A stretch of 64,000 bases of DNA from Leucoraja erinacea. Its lineage: Eukaryota. Position numbers and translations under genes: made by a program. The notes below the pieces were generated by a model, which worked only from the letters and a program-made list of their open reading frames with translations, searched no databases and was not told the origin of the DNA. Each line of letters starts with the position of its first letter. Positions within the stretch are counted from its first letter, which is position 1. The stretch covers positions 49,166,001 through 49,230,000 of the forward strand of contig NC_073385.1 in assembly GCF_028641065.1 (NCBI RefSeq). The letters run 5' to 3'. Shown in pieces: positions 24,272-35,619 of the stretch.

Positions 24272-24556
24272 TGGGCGGTGGTAGATATGGTGCCTTGCAG
24301 CGCCAGAGACCCGGGTTTGATCCTGACTATGGGTGCTGTCTCTATGGAGTTTGGTAGGTTCTCCCCGTGACCTGCGTGGTTTCTCCAGAAGCTCCGGATT
24401 CCTCCCACACTCCAAAGACATACATGTTTGCAGGCTAATTGCTTGGTGAGATTGTAAATTGTCCATAGTGTGTGCAGATAGTGTTCGTATGCGGGGATCG
24501 CTGGTCGGCACAGACTCGGTGGGACGAAGAGCCTGTTTCCACACTGTATCTCTAAA
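24272..24556 (+). mobile_element. V-SINE, head-to-head with the previous copy
   Basis: GCCAGAGACCCGGGTTTGATCCTGAC..CCTCCCACACTCCAAAGAC..CCTGTTTCCACACTGTATCTCTAAAC. Confidence 0.85.
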
Positions 24557-24614
24557 CAAAACCAAGTCCCACTGACCAACATGCATATTGGACAATTTAG
24601 GACACTGACTCTTT

Positions 24615-24875
24615 CATCAGAGGTTGGTGAATATGTGGTCTTTAGTCAGAGGGTGATGAATATGCGTAATTCCTAACTACAGACGACTGTGGAGGCTAAA
24701 TCAATGAATATTTTTAAGGCGGAGATTGGCGGATTCTTGATTAGTACGGATATCAGAGGTTATGGGGAGAAGGCAGGAGTATAGGGTTGAGAGGGAAAGA
24801 TAGATCAGCCATGATTGAATGGTGGAGTAGACTACACAGGCCAAATGGCCTAATTCTGCTCTCAGAACTTTTGAA
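24615..24875 (+). mobile_element. CR1 3' fragment
   Basis: CAGAGGGTGATGAAT..GGGGAGAAGGCAGGAG..GATCAGCCATGATTGAATGG..GGCCTAATTCTGCT. Confidence 0.8.
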
Positions 24876-26055
24876 CGCACTTGTGCCCACTTTTAAAAAG
24901 CAGTATGTGTTTTATCAGTTTGAAGGAATAATACTTTTAAATAGCAAAATGGAGTGAAAGGAAAAAAGAATTATAGTGCAAAAAGCCAAGTCGTATAGAA
25001 CAGCACTGCATTGTGTTTACTGCCCAACGAATCTTAATGGAAGCATCACAATCCATATACCTTTCAGTTAAAGATGATTCAGAAAAATATGATGGCAAAC
25101 TTGAAACATTCGTGAATCCATCATAAAAGGGCACAAAGCTCAAGGGAAAGAAATAAACATTGTCAATCTGCATGATTTAATCTGAATTCTCATGTCTTTA
25201 ATCAGAGTGAAACACCAGCATTGGGGAAGGCACCTATATCTACTGAGAAAAAAGCAGCCAAGAGCTGAAATCAGTGCTGTCGCTGAGGAGTCCTTCCCTG
25301 GATATTAGCTGTAAACGTTTCCTACAGCAGCACCAGCACTTTGTACTATGTTTTAGAGATACAGGTCTGTTGACATTAATGCAATGAATTATTAAGGCCG
25401 ACACACTGATACTGCTAAATATTGCCTTCAGTGTTGTTGAGCAGGAATGAATTTCTGGGCCCAGCTGCACGAAAGAAGCAACACTCAGGAGGATTGAGTC
25501 GCGAGCTCGGCATCCTTCTAGCAGGTCAGTGGGGAGGATTTTCCTGAAAGGTATTAGGACAAAATGATATTGCTGCAGCCTGAATTAATGAGGTGACACA
25601 ATGTCGTTCCCTTTGTCAGGTGGAAAGTTCAGATAAATGAAGTTTGAATCATTGAATACACTGAAAGCTGGAGTGATCTTTAGTCATAGACAGAATAGAA
25701 TAGAATTCTGAGCAATAGACAGGAAAGTGGAGCTGAAGCAGAGAACAAATCAGCCATGATCTCATTAAATGGCAGAGCAATTCTGAGGACATAGCACCAA
25801 CCACAACTACCATTGCTTCAGTTCTATACTTTAGGTACTTGTTCTAATGTCTTCTCAATCTTTGACTGATAACACTCCAGTTGGATTGGGGAAATTAGGT
25901 ATGAAGCATGGCTCAGGAGTTATGAAACGGGGGGAGCAGTCAGTTTATTCAAAGAAGAACCAGATTTTTAAATGTACTGTTTTATATGAAACCTTCCCTC
26001 AGTAATAAAAACAAACACAATTGTGTCCACAATTACAGACACTCCCCAATTTACA

Positions 26056-26223
26056 AGATACAAGATACAATTTATTTGTCATTTGGACCCCTTGAGGTCC
26101 AAACGAAATGACGTTTCTGCAGCCATACATTACAAACAAATAGACCCAAGACACAACATAATTTACATAAACATCCATCACATCGTTGTGATGGAAGGCC
26201 AAAAAAACTTATCTCTCCACTGC

Positions 26224-26295
<72 letters not shown>

Positions 26296-26939
26296 ATGTC
26301 AGAGTCAAAGTCAAAGCCCCCGGCTGGCGATGGCGATTGTCCCGCGGCCATTAAAGCCACACCGGGTGATGCAAGGTCGCACACCGGGTCTTGATGTTAG
26401 AGCCCCCGGCGTGCGCTCGCAGAGTCCCGCGGCCATTCCAAGCCGCGCGGGGCGGTGCTGTGAGGCCCCGCTCCAGGAGCTCTTCGACCCCGCAACTCGG
26501 GCGGGAGAAGTCGCCGTTGCGGGAGCCCTGAAAAGCGGTCTCCCTCCAGGGACCCGCGGGCTCCCGGTGCCGCCGTCCGCCAGACCCGCAGTTGCAGCCT
26601 CCGAATCTCCGGAGGTCGGGCCGCAGCAGCGCAGCAGCACCGCAGCAGCGCTCTGGACTCGGCCAGCTCCACAACGCTAAGGTGACTAGGCGGCACCAGA
26701 GCCCCCGGTCTTCCTGTTGGAGGCCGCTCCTCGTTGCAGCCCCAACAACAACGGAGACCCGACAAAGAAAAGGTCGGGTCTCCCGTGCAGGGAGAGATTA
26801 AAAGTTACCCCCCCCTCCCTCCCACCCCCCCCCCCCCCCACCCCCCCCCAACAAAAATAACAAAAAAAAAAACCATAGAGAAAAAAATAACAAAAACGCA
26901 GACGGGCTGCAGAGGCCGCTGCTGACGAGAGTCGCGCCG
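26056..26939 (-). mobile_element. GC-rich non-coding non-autonomous retroelement with Rex1-like 5' end and (GTATCTT)n tail
   Basis: TSD CCAATTTACA at 26046-26055 and 26940-26949. 3' end GACAAATAAATTGTATCTTGTATCTTGT. The 5' end matches the Rex1 5' end at ~3657-3688. Contains a ~70-nt poly-C run. Confidence 0.75.
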
Positions 26940-27440
26940 CCAATTTACACAACAGGCGACTCCTGTTTACGTAAACAATTCTATACTAGTGTAATCAAGT
27001 CAGTTTATAACTTCCACAGCACTATACGATCACTCAACTTTACATCGGGAACAAGCCGGCAAAGGCAGAGGTGTTTACCCAGAAGGCCGTGTGCCACAGA
27101 AGGTGCCCCAATGGCGAGAGTTGGTGATTCTGACTGATGTAAAATGTGACATGTAATGGTTCACGGAACATAAGCCTTACATAAAAAGGGGAGTGCCTGT
27201 ACAAGCTGCTGGATAACTATGTTTAAGAAAATTAGCTTTGTAAATTGACCAAGCAATCACTTCTATTGACACTTTTATAATAATACTTTATCAAACAGTG
27301 TAACATCCATTGACACTTGCAGCCGATTGAGGTGGGACATCCTGATCTTGTACCATTGTGACGAGGCAAGACAATAAATAAATTCAAAGCTTCTGGTAAT
27401 CAGCCATCACTGAAAGTCCAGTGAAGCGATCACGTTAGGG

Positions 27441-29178
27441 CAAGGATCGCCAAACTAATGCCCGCGGGCCACATGCGGTCCGCCATGAGATTTTATCCTG
27501 CTCGCAGCAAGCTCTTAACACGTTCCGTGCGGCAAATTATTTAGTGGTAGCGCGGGAACATACACGTCAGTTTGCTCTAAACTTTAGAGATACAGCGTGG
27601 AAACAGGCCCTTCGCTCGCGTCCACCCCCACCACCACCACTAACACTATCCTACACACACATACACACACGGGACAATTATACCAACCCAATTAATCTAC
27701 AAATCTTCAGTGTACAACCAGCATATGTAGTTCCTTCCTATTCAAACCTGTAAGTATGTGGAGAGTGGGCGGAAACCGGAGCTCCCAGAGAAAATTCATG
27801 TAGGTCACTGGGAGAACGTAAAACTCCGTACAGACAGCACCTGTATTCAGGAACGAACCCGGCACTCTGGCGCTATATGACAACAACTTAAGACTGTTGT
27901 ACAATTATCTTGTACAACTGTAACATAACAAATTATTGCAGCTGTTTTTAAAATCCTTCTGACATTTTTTTTACAAAAGGCAGGTTCTCCCCCAACATTT
28001 TGACTGTGGGGAAAAAAGGAAAAAGGTCAATTATTCGCGGACCATTGACCTTGTTGTATTTGTTGGGCCAAAGGGTAAATTATGTCAGAGAAACCTGTTG
28101 ATCTATCAAATGGCCATGCATTTATTGTAGGTTGGTGTATAAGTTGCGATGTTGCTGCAGATGAATGTGTCAAGGCAGTGTTTGTCGAAGGTGTTTGTCA
28201 GGAGTTTATGCTAAATATTAATGTGGGAAATTGGGTGCAGAGAAACTAAAATCAAAAGTCTATTGAAAATAACATGCCTGGGAATCGAATCCCAGTGGAA
28301 TATACCACATGCTGAGCAATTTTGCATCAACCCATACAATGCTGTACCTATACATTGAACTGATCGCACAGCTATCTGATGGAATAGTACAGATAGTTAA
28401 TTACTGATACGCATTCACGCTCACTTTCCTCTTCCACTTGACGGTCATCTAACTACAGAATGACTTGAGTGCTCCATTAATAGGAAATCTCTAGTTTGGA
28501 TGCAGTCTTCAGAGCCTTTTAAACATTTATATTTAGACCAGTGGTTCACAGGGGGGCAATTTGATTTTTAAGGGGGGCAATTGAGCGCGACTGAGGAAAT
28601 CTCTCCAAAGTTTGGATGTAAACAGTCTTCAGAGTTATTTTTTAAAACAAGGTCTTTATTTGTATTTATTACTATCCCAGGTAAGGCTGCTTCTTCAGCC
28701 CGCTTTTCCATTGAATTATATATCGCTGTCTTCTAGGGCAAGTCACTGGTTTAGACTATCCAGGTAAGGCTGCTTTCCCCGCTTCCATTGGTCGCTGTCT
28801 GTTAGGGCAAGTCACTGTTTACTCCATCAGCTTTGATTAGAGTTGCTGTGGGTGGGGGAGAGAGAGAGGGGAGGGCCAGGTTGTTGTGGGGAGGGGAGGG
28901 CAGGGTTTAGCCATGCTGCAACAAACCATCTCGGTAGGGAATCGGTAAGTGTGTGATTATAAATTAATTCACACACCCCTCAGCTTAAAGTTTAACCTTG
29001 GTTGATGACTATGTTTTGTTTTGAATTTCTTCCATTTGTTTTACTTAAGTGCTTTTTTGAGTTCATTAAATTTATAAAACTGACATAACTTTATTTTTTA
29101 CCTACGGCCCGCAAAAAATGTGCCAAATATATAATGTCCTTATTCAGGTCCTTATTCTGAAAAGTTTGGAGGCCCCTG
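27441..29178. mobile_element. hAT (Charlie-like) non-autonomous DNA transposon with nested V-SINE (27570-27900, minus)
   Basis: Left end CAAGGATCGCCAAACT..GCCCGCGGGCCACATGCGG; right end AGTTTGGAGGCCCCTG. 8-bp TSD CGTTAGGG / GATTAGGG (6 of 8 identical). Confidence 0.72.
28671..28820. repeat. Degenerate ~85-bp tandem duplication inside the hAT element
   Basis: ACTATCC(C)AGGTAAGGCTGCTT..TTCCATTG..TCGCTGTCT..TAGGGCAAGTCACTG occurs twice. Confidence 0.8.
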
Positions 29179-30611
29179 GATTAGGGTATTAAGTGGCCAC
29201 CTCCTCCATTATCACATCACTAAATGAAATATCCCCACCAATTATTACACTGTTCAGGACATGTCTGTTTCGTCAATTAATATTCTAACTGTTTATATAT
29301 CCAGCAAGCCCTCCCTCAATATGAACAAAAGTAATATATTTTGAGGGTCTGGCATTTTTCAGTCAAAACCCCTCGACCAGCCATTAATATTTTAATATTT
29401 AAAGAGGTTCTGCCAGTAGGAAAGTGCTCCCACTGTAAAAGTATAACCCTGCAAAGTTACCCACATGCATTTAAAATGTTAAAGTTAAGTGGGTAATTAT
29501 AACCATCAAAACTGTAATTAAATGCTTACTGTTATCTTTGTGTTTGAAAAGTATAAAACATCAGTGTACCATTGAGTGCCAGAAGAGGCGTCATACTGTG
29601 CTGAATAAAGACCTTTTGCATCTGTCAGCCTCAGTCTCTGTGCGACTCAGTTACAACACCTATAAAGGCGTTATATAAAAGATGGCTTATTGATTCCTAT
29701 TTTGAGCTGGTTTATTATTTCTTCAGACACCTGATGCGTCCGTTAATTCTGATGCTCCAATTAATTCTGCTGTTTCCATTTACTCTACCTCAACACCCAC
29801 ATTTTCTTACTTTACTTGTATAATGACCATTGACACTTGGCATGTGCCAGCGTACATTCTTTAATACTCCTTAATTCCACCTGTTGGGACCACTGCCCTC
29901 AACCCACCCCAACATGTTACAAACCTATTATTACTTTAGTTTAGGTTGAATCGAATCAAAACGGTTCCACTCGAAAATGGTTCAATCTTTTATTTATTTT
30001 TCAATTCTTCTGAAAGGGCAAAGAGCTGAAAGATTAACTCAGTTTCTCTACAGATGTCACCTCAGCTACAAGAACTTCCCAGCTGTACTTTATCATTCCT
30101 GTGTCGTTGCCAAAAGTGTCTTACTGCTTTTCACCAAATGTTTTTCTTTCAAACAAGTCAGGTTCTAATAATAGGCTGCGTCGACTCAAGATTGCTCATG
30201 GCTGTGGTAGAAATCTGAGCTTTCAGTTCTTTTCCATCTTCAATATTCACTATTCTGTGCAGTCTTCCACCAAATTCACCTTTTAAAAAACTGAGATTTA
30301 CACCTCCAGGAAGGAATGACTGAATGCAGCAGGTGAAGTAGCAGTTAAGATCAGCTTAAGCCTCTTAGTCCAACTGCTACGTTAAATTATTTGATCTCAA
30401 TCCCCTCAAAGGTATTCTCTATTCATTTTGATTTCCTCCTCACATTCTCTGCTGCTAAGAACCAACCTCTGATCTCTTAAAAGGACACAAAGTGCTGGAG
30501 TAACTCAGCAGGTCAGGCAGCATCTCTGGAGAACATGGATTGGAGAAGGTTACACAGAAAAGCTGGAGAAACTCAGCGGGTGCAGCAGCATCTATGGAGC
30601 GAAGGAAATAG

Positions 30612-30643
30612 GCAACGTTTCGGGCCGAAACCCTTCTTCAGAC
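30612..30643 (-). ncRNA. Minimal hammerhead ribozyme-like motif in the PLE 3' repeat
   Basis: Minus strand GU-CUGAAGA-A-GGGU(UUCG)GCCC-GAAA-C-GUU-GC. Confidence 0.55.
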
Positions 30644-31557
30644 TGATCAGGGTGGGGGTGGGTGGGGACAAGAAAGGGAAAAGGAGTAGCCGGTTCTGGA
30701 GGGTGGGAGGAGACAGCAGGGGAGCAGAGGAAGGGGAGGAGACAGCAAGGACTAACAGAATTGGGAGAAGTCGATGTTCATGCCCCCGGGGTGCAGACTC
30801 CCCAAACGGAATATGAGGTGCTGTTCCTCCAATTTCCGGTGCTGCTCGCTGTGGCCATGGAGGAGACCCAGGACAGAGAGGTCGGAGGCGGAGTGGGAGG
30901 GGGAGTTGAAGTGCTGAGCCACCGGGAGGTCAGCTTGGTTATTGCGGACCGAGCGGAGGTGTTCGGCGAAACGATCGCCCAACCTCCGCTTGGTCTCACC
31001 GATATAGATCTGCTGACATCTAGAGCAGCGGACGCAATAGATGAGGTTGGAAGAGATGCAGGTAAACCTCTGTCGCACCTGGAACGATTGCTTGGGTCCT
31101 TGAACGGAGTCGAGGGGGGAGGTAAAGGGACAAGTGTTGCATCTCTTGCGGTTGCAAGGGAAAGTGCCCGGGGAGGGGGTGGACCGAGAGGGAAGGGAAG
31201 AATTGACAAGGGAGTTATGGAGGGAGCGGTCTTTGCGGAAGGCAGATATGGGGGGAGATGGGAAGATGTGGCGAGTAGTGGGGTCACGTTGGAGGTGGCG
31301 AAACTGACGGAGGATTATTTTTTGTATGTGACGGCTGGTGGGGTGAAAGGTGAGGACTAGGGGGACTCGGCCCTTGTTGCGAGTGCGGGGATGGGGAGAG
31401 AGAGCAGTGTTGCGGGGTATGGAAGAGACCCTGGTGCAAGCCTCATTTATGGTGGAGGAGGGGAACCCCCGTTCCCTGAATAGTGAGGACATTTCAGATG
31501 TCCTGGTGTGGAACGCCTCATCCGTGGAGCAGATGCGGCGTAGACGGAGGAATTGGG

Positions 31558-32003
31558 AGTAGGGGATGGAGTCCTTACAGGAAGCAGGGTGGGAAGAAGT
31601 GTAGTCCAGATAGCCATGGGAGTCAGTGGGTTTATAGTGTATGTCGGTTAGAAGTAGGGGATGGAGTCCTTACAGGAAGCAGGGTGGGAAGAAGTGTAGT
31701 CCAGATAGCCATGGGAGTCAGTGGGTTTATAGTGTATGTCGGTTAGAAGTAGGGGATGGAGTCCTTACAGGAAGCAGGGTGGGAAGAAGTGTAGTCCAGA
31801 TAGCCATGGGAGTCAGTGGGTTTATAGTGTATGTCGGTTAGAAGTAGGGGATGGAGTCCTTACAGGAAGCAGGGTGGGAAGAAGTGTAGTCCAGATAGCC
31901 ATGGGAGTCAGTGGGATTATAGGGAATGTCGGTTAGAAGTAGGGGATGGAGTCCTTACAGGAAGCAGGGTGGGAAGAAGTGTAGTCCAGATAGCCATGGG
32001 AGT
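31558..32003. repeat. 95-bp tandem repeat, ~4.7 near-identical copies, made of PLE coding sequence
   Basis: Units start at 31558, 31653, 31748, 31843 and 31938. The minus strand encodes LTDIHYKPTDSHGYLDYTSSHPASCKDSIPY. Confidence 0.95.
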
Positions 32004-32598
32004 ATGCCATAGCCAATGGATTGGAGAAGTTTTGGTTCAAGATCCGTTTTCAGGCCCAAAACGACACCTTGTCTTGTCTCTTTCCTGGTTCTGATGAAGG
32101 GTCCCAGACTTGTAATTTTAAGTACCATGTTCTCCAGAGATACTGCATGACCTGTTCCAGCATTTTGTCTTTTTTGTACGCCAGAACCTGCAATTTCTTG
32201 TTTCCATCATGTAATGCTTCATGTTTCTCTTCCTGCCAATGCCCTTTACGTGCTGAGTGTTTCCAGTATTTTTGAACTGAATTTATTTTTGTCTGCACTG
32301 ACCCTCTGTGATGTGTAGCAATGAAGCGACTGCAAAGACTGCCGTCAAAAGGGGTGTGCAATCCCATTTTAATATTAACCATAATCTTTGATGATATTAA
32401 AACATATTCGGTCTCCACTGAACCTTTTTTAAATGCAGTTACATAGGAAAAAGAACAATTTGTGATTCATTGTTGTTTTTTCATATTCTGTGCATAAACT
32501 ATGCATACATTTTCTGACATGACACAAGATGCTTGGTAGGAAAATCAAACAATAATTTTTCTACCCACAAGCTTCAGGAATTGGATCTCTTTGGAAGT

Positions 32599-32900
32599 CG
32601 CAGCACAATGGTTCAGCGATGGAGCTGCTGCCTAACAGCGCCAGAGACTACGTGCTATATCTCTAAAATCTGAAGTTCGAATCTGACTGCAGGTGCTGAC
32701 TGTATGGAGTTTGTACGTTCTCCCTGTGACCATGTGGGTTTTCTCCGGGTGTTCCAGTTTCCTCCCACACTCCAAAGGCGTACAGTTTGTAGTAAATTGT
32801 CCCTCGTGTGTAGGATTAGTGTACGGGGTGAACTCTGGTTGGCGCCAACTCGGTGGGCCGAAGGGCCTGCTTGCGTGCTGTATCTCTAAAATCTGAAGTT
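32599..32900 (+). mobile_element. V-SINE with a copy of its own tail inside the head
   Basis: Head, V-core and tail are present; 27-bp direct repeat at 32651-32677 and 32874-32900. Confidence 0.82.
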
Positions 32901-33694
32901 TAAATCTGCAGCCATTTCAATTGAAATGGGAAATGGGCATAATTTATTTGACTGATTTACAACCATTGTACTTGTCAAAACTGCCATAAACTGAATTTTG
33001 AAAGTTGCCATTAAAGTAAGTATAAAAAACAAAGAGAAACTTTACCATTTGACATAATCTCTTCATCAGGACAGAGCTGTGCTTGAGAATATTTACTCGC
33101 CTGAGACTAGTTAGGTGAACGTGGATGAGCAGAAAGTGTTGCAGATAGACGTTCTGGTTAAGAGAGACTTGATAGCATCAAGGAGGACAGATGCATTAAT
33201 CACAAAAACACTGCAGTCATTTTGCAGTACAATTTCAGATTTGATGGTGAAAAGTTTCACATGCATAAAATCTGAAGCAGAGGGTTAATGCAGGCAAGGG
33301 ATGGATTTAAAGGTAGAATGTGGGAAGATGGTCGGGGGTTGTGGTTATAGCAGTGTGTAATGTGACAAATTATTTCCTGGAACAAATAAATAAAAACAAT
33401 TGAAGAGAAGAGGAATAAACTTTGGTCATTCGCTTTCTCAGCTCTCTGTACTTATTGTCTTCATTTTATAGCTCTCATTATTCATTCGTCGCCTTGTTCC
33501 CAAAGCTTGAAATGAAGCATTATTTCCCAAAAGAGGTGAAATGTTATCGTTGCTATTAAGGTAACAACCTTAAATCTTCTCGCTATTAAACACTTGGAGG
33601 ATTTAAATTAAGCTAACATGCAGAAGAAATCTCAATTCTCTTTCTTAACTTCTCCCCCCCAAAAATGTTCACTCATTTATTGAAATGTGGACAT

Positions 33695-33885
33695 AAGGAA
33701 CTGCAGGTGCTGGTTTACAAAAAGGACACAAAGTGCTGGAGTATCTGAGTAGATCAGGCAGCGCATCTGCAGAACATGGATAGGTGACATTTTGGGTCAG
33801 GACTCTTCTTCAGGCCCGAAACGTTGCTTGTCCGTGCTCTCCAGAGATGCTGCCTGACCCGCTGAGTTACTCCAGCACTTAGAGT
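33695..33885. mobile_element. Palindromic PLE-terminal-repeat-derived element
   Basis: AAAGTGCTGGAGTATCTGAGTAGATCAGGCAGC is inverted against GCTGCCTGACCCGCTGAGTTACTCCAGCACTT; centre CTTCTTCAGGCCCGAAACGTTG. Confidence 0.78.
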
Positions 33886-33936
33886 CATTATTGAAAGATA
33901 TTTTTATTGAAACAGATCAGCAACCACATTGGTTAC

Positions 33937-35040
33937 TTTAGTTTAGTTTAGAGATACAGCGTGGAATTAGGCCCATCAGCCCACTGAGTCCTCGCCAACA
34001 AACAATCACACCCCGACACTTGGTCTACTCTACAAACTTGGGACAATATACATGAAATCTACAAACCTACACTCCTCGTTGGATTGCAATCTTGTCGTGT
34101 TCGGGGAGCTTGTGTGGCTCAGTGACCCCTAGAGCTATGACAGCGGGAGATTAGTCTCCTGTTAGGATCTCCCATGCTGGACAGGTCGAAGGGGAGAGGC
34201 GAGACAAAGAGTAATCCTCTGGTCCTCCAGGTTTGAGGTTGAGCACAGGGCTAACAACCATGTCTCGTAAAACAAATATGTTACAGAAACAGCAACTGAA
34301 GGAATCAGCACTACTTAGCGTAATGGACTTAGAAACATGGAAACATAGAAAATAGGTGCAGAAGAAGGCCATTCGGCCCTTCAATATGAGCATGGCTGAT
34401 CATCCAACTCAGTATCCTGTACCTGCCTTCTCTCCATACCTCCTGATCCCTTTAGCCACAAGGGCCACATCGAACTCCCTCTTAAATATAGCCAATGAAC
34501 TGGCCTCAACTACCTTCTGTGGCAGAGAATTCCACAGATTCACCACTCTCTGTGTAAAAAATGATTTTCTCATCTCGGTCCTAAAAGACTTCCCTCTTAT
34601 CCTTAAACTGTGACCCCTAGTTCCAGGGCTATCGACAGATGCTAGGATGGAGAACCAGACAGCAACCCAAGAATAGCCCTGCTCTGGACACTGGAAGGGA
34701 AAAGGAAAAGAGGAAGACCCAAAAGCACCTGGCGTCGAACTGTAGAGGAGGAAATGAAAGCAGTTGACCTGACCTGGGGTAGTGCCCAGAAGCTAGCCCA
34801 GAACAGACAGGAGTAGAGGACCTTTGTTGCTGACTTACATGCCAGGAGGCACAATAGGCAGTAAGTAGGTACAAACCTACAAACCTTTGGAGTGTGGGAG
34901 GAAATTAGAGCTCTCGTGGGGAAACCCACATATTCATAGGGAGAATGTATAAACTCCGTACAGGCAACATCTGTAGTCAGAATCAAAGCCGGGTCTCTGG
35001 CGCTGTAAGGCAGCAACTCTACCACTGTGCCACTGTACCG
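33937..35040 (-). mobile_element. V-SINE split into 33937-34071 and 34870-35040 by an RTE-derived insert
   Basis: Tail half and head half are collinear across the 12-bp TSD TACAAACCTACA (34060-34071, 34870-34881). Confidence 0.85.
34072..34869 (+). mobile_element. Internally deleted (bipartite) RTE-clade element, itself interrupted by a CR1 tail (~34329-34622, minus)
   Basis: 5' part resembles RTE 5' UTRs (GGTTGAGCACAGGGCTAACAACC..CGTAAAAC). 3' part encodes TPRIALLWTLEGKRKRGRPKSTWRRTVEEEMK..LTW..AQKLAQNR and ends GTAAGTAGG. TSD-flanked. Confidence 0.78.
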
Positions 35041-35619
35041 CATCTACTTGTTTCCCATGTGATGACTCTCACAAAATGAAACGTCAAATTAGGACATTTT
35101 AAGTCTTGAAATGGACAAAACACCATTGAGATTCAGGGACAGCTTCAAGAGTTTTTTTTTTAAGCAGGCAGATCATGAATTTAATCTCCTGGAGTCAATT
35201 ATGAAGAAAGCTGCTCCGAATAAATTTGAGTGAGAAACTCTCAATGTTACATTGTTGCTATTAGCAAGGTTATTGTTTCAATTTACTGACCATAAGCTAT
35301 TTGTCGTAAAGGAAAGATAGAGATGATGGTATTTACATTTTAATACATTCTGGAATGAAAGGGCTAACAATGGTGTGTTGAACAGAAAACAGATGAATTG
35401 TCTGGTGCGGGCTATCTCAATGTGAACTGCACAAGTTGGGAGATTTTTTCCACTCTTCAGCTACAGCTATTTTCCATCACATTTAAGGATTGCAAGTGAG
35501 AAGCAGAGTACGGCAACATGAGGTCTAACCAGACAGGGAAAGTGTAATGAAGAAAAATACTTCTTTGAGAGAGAATTGAAAAAGACAAATGAAAAAAAAC
35601 CCGAATTATTTACTATTTG

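Larger units (their letters stand above)
30549..32015 (-). mobile_element. Young 5'-truncated Penelope-like element (Neptune-type; RT C-terminus, Cys linker, GIY-YIG endonuclease)
   Basis: Open ORF 30752-31492: RERGFP, VPLVLTFHP, PCNRKRCNTC, FTCISSNLIYCVRCSRCQQIYIGETKRRLGDRFAEH, VAQHFN, RKLEEQHLIFRLGSLHPGGMN. 14-bp TSD ATGGATTGGAGAAG at 30535-30548 and 32016-32029. Confidence 0.93.

Noticed and set aside
26023-26952. Overlapping poly-Pro/poly-Gly and Arg/Ala-rich ORFs
   Set aside because: Caused by a poly-C run and GC-rich repeat body; no recognisable domain. Homopolymer length may be unreliable.
29530-29658. Possible solo LTR (TG..TATAAAA..AATAAA..ACA)
   Set aside because: Very short, no matching TSD and no internal retroviral sequence; not supportable.
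30662-31360. 232-aa plus-strand ORF
   Set aside because: Antisense shadow of the PLE GIY-YIG ORF.
31558-32003. Possible CRISPR-like array
   Set aside because: Units are contiguous with no unique spacers, derive from PLE coding sequence, and there are no cas genes in this vertebrate context.
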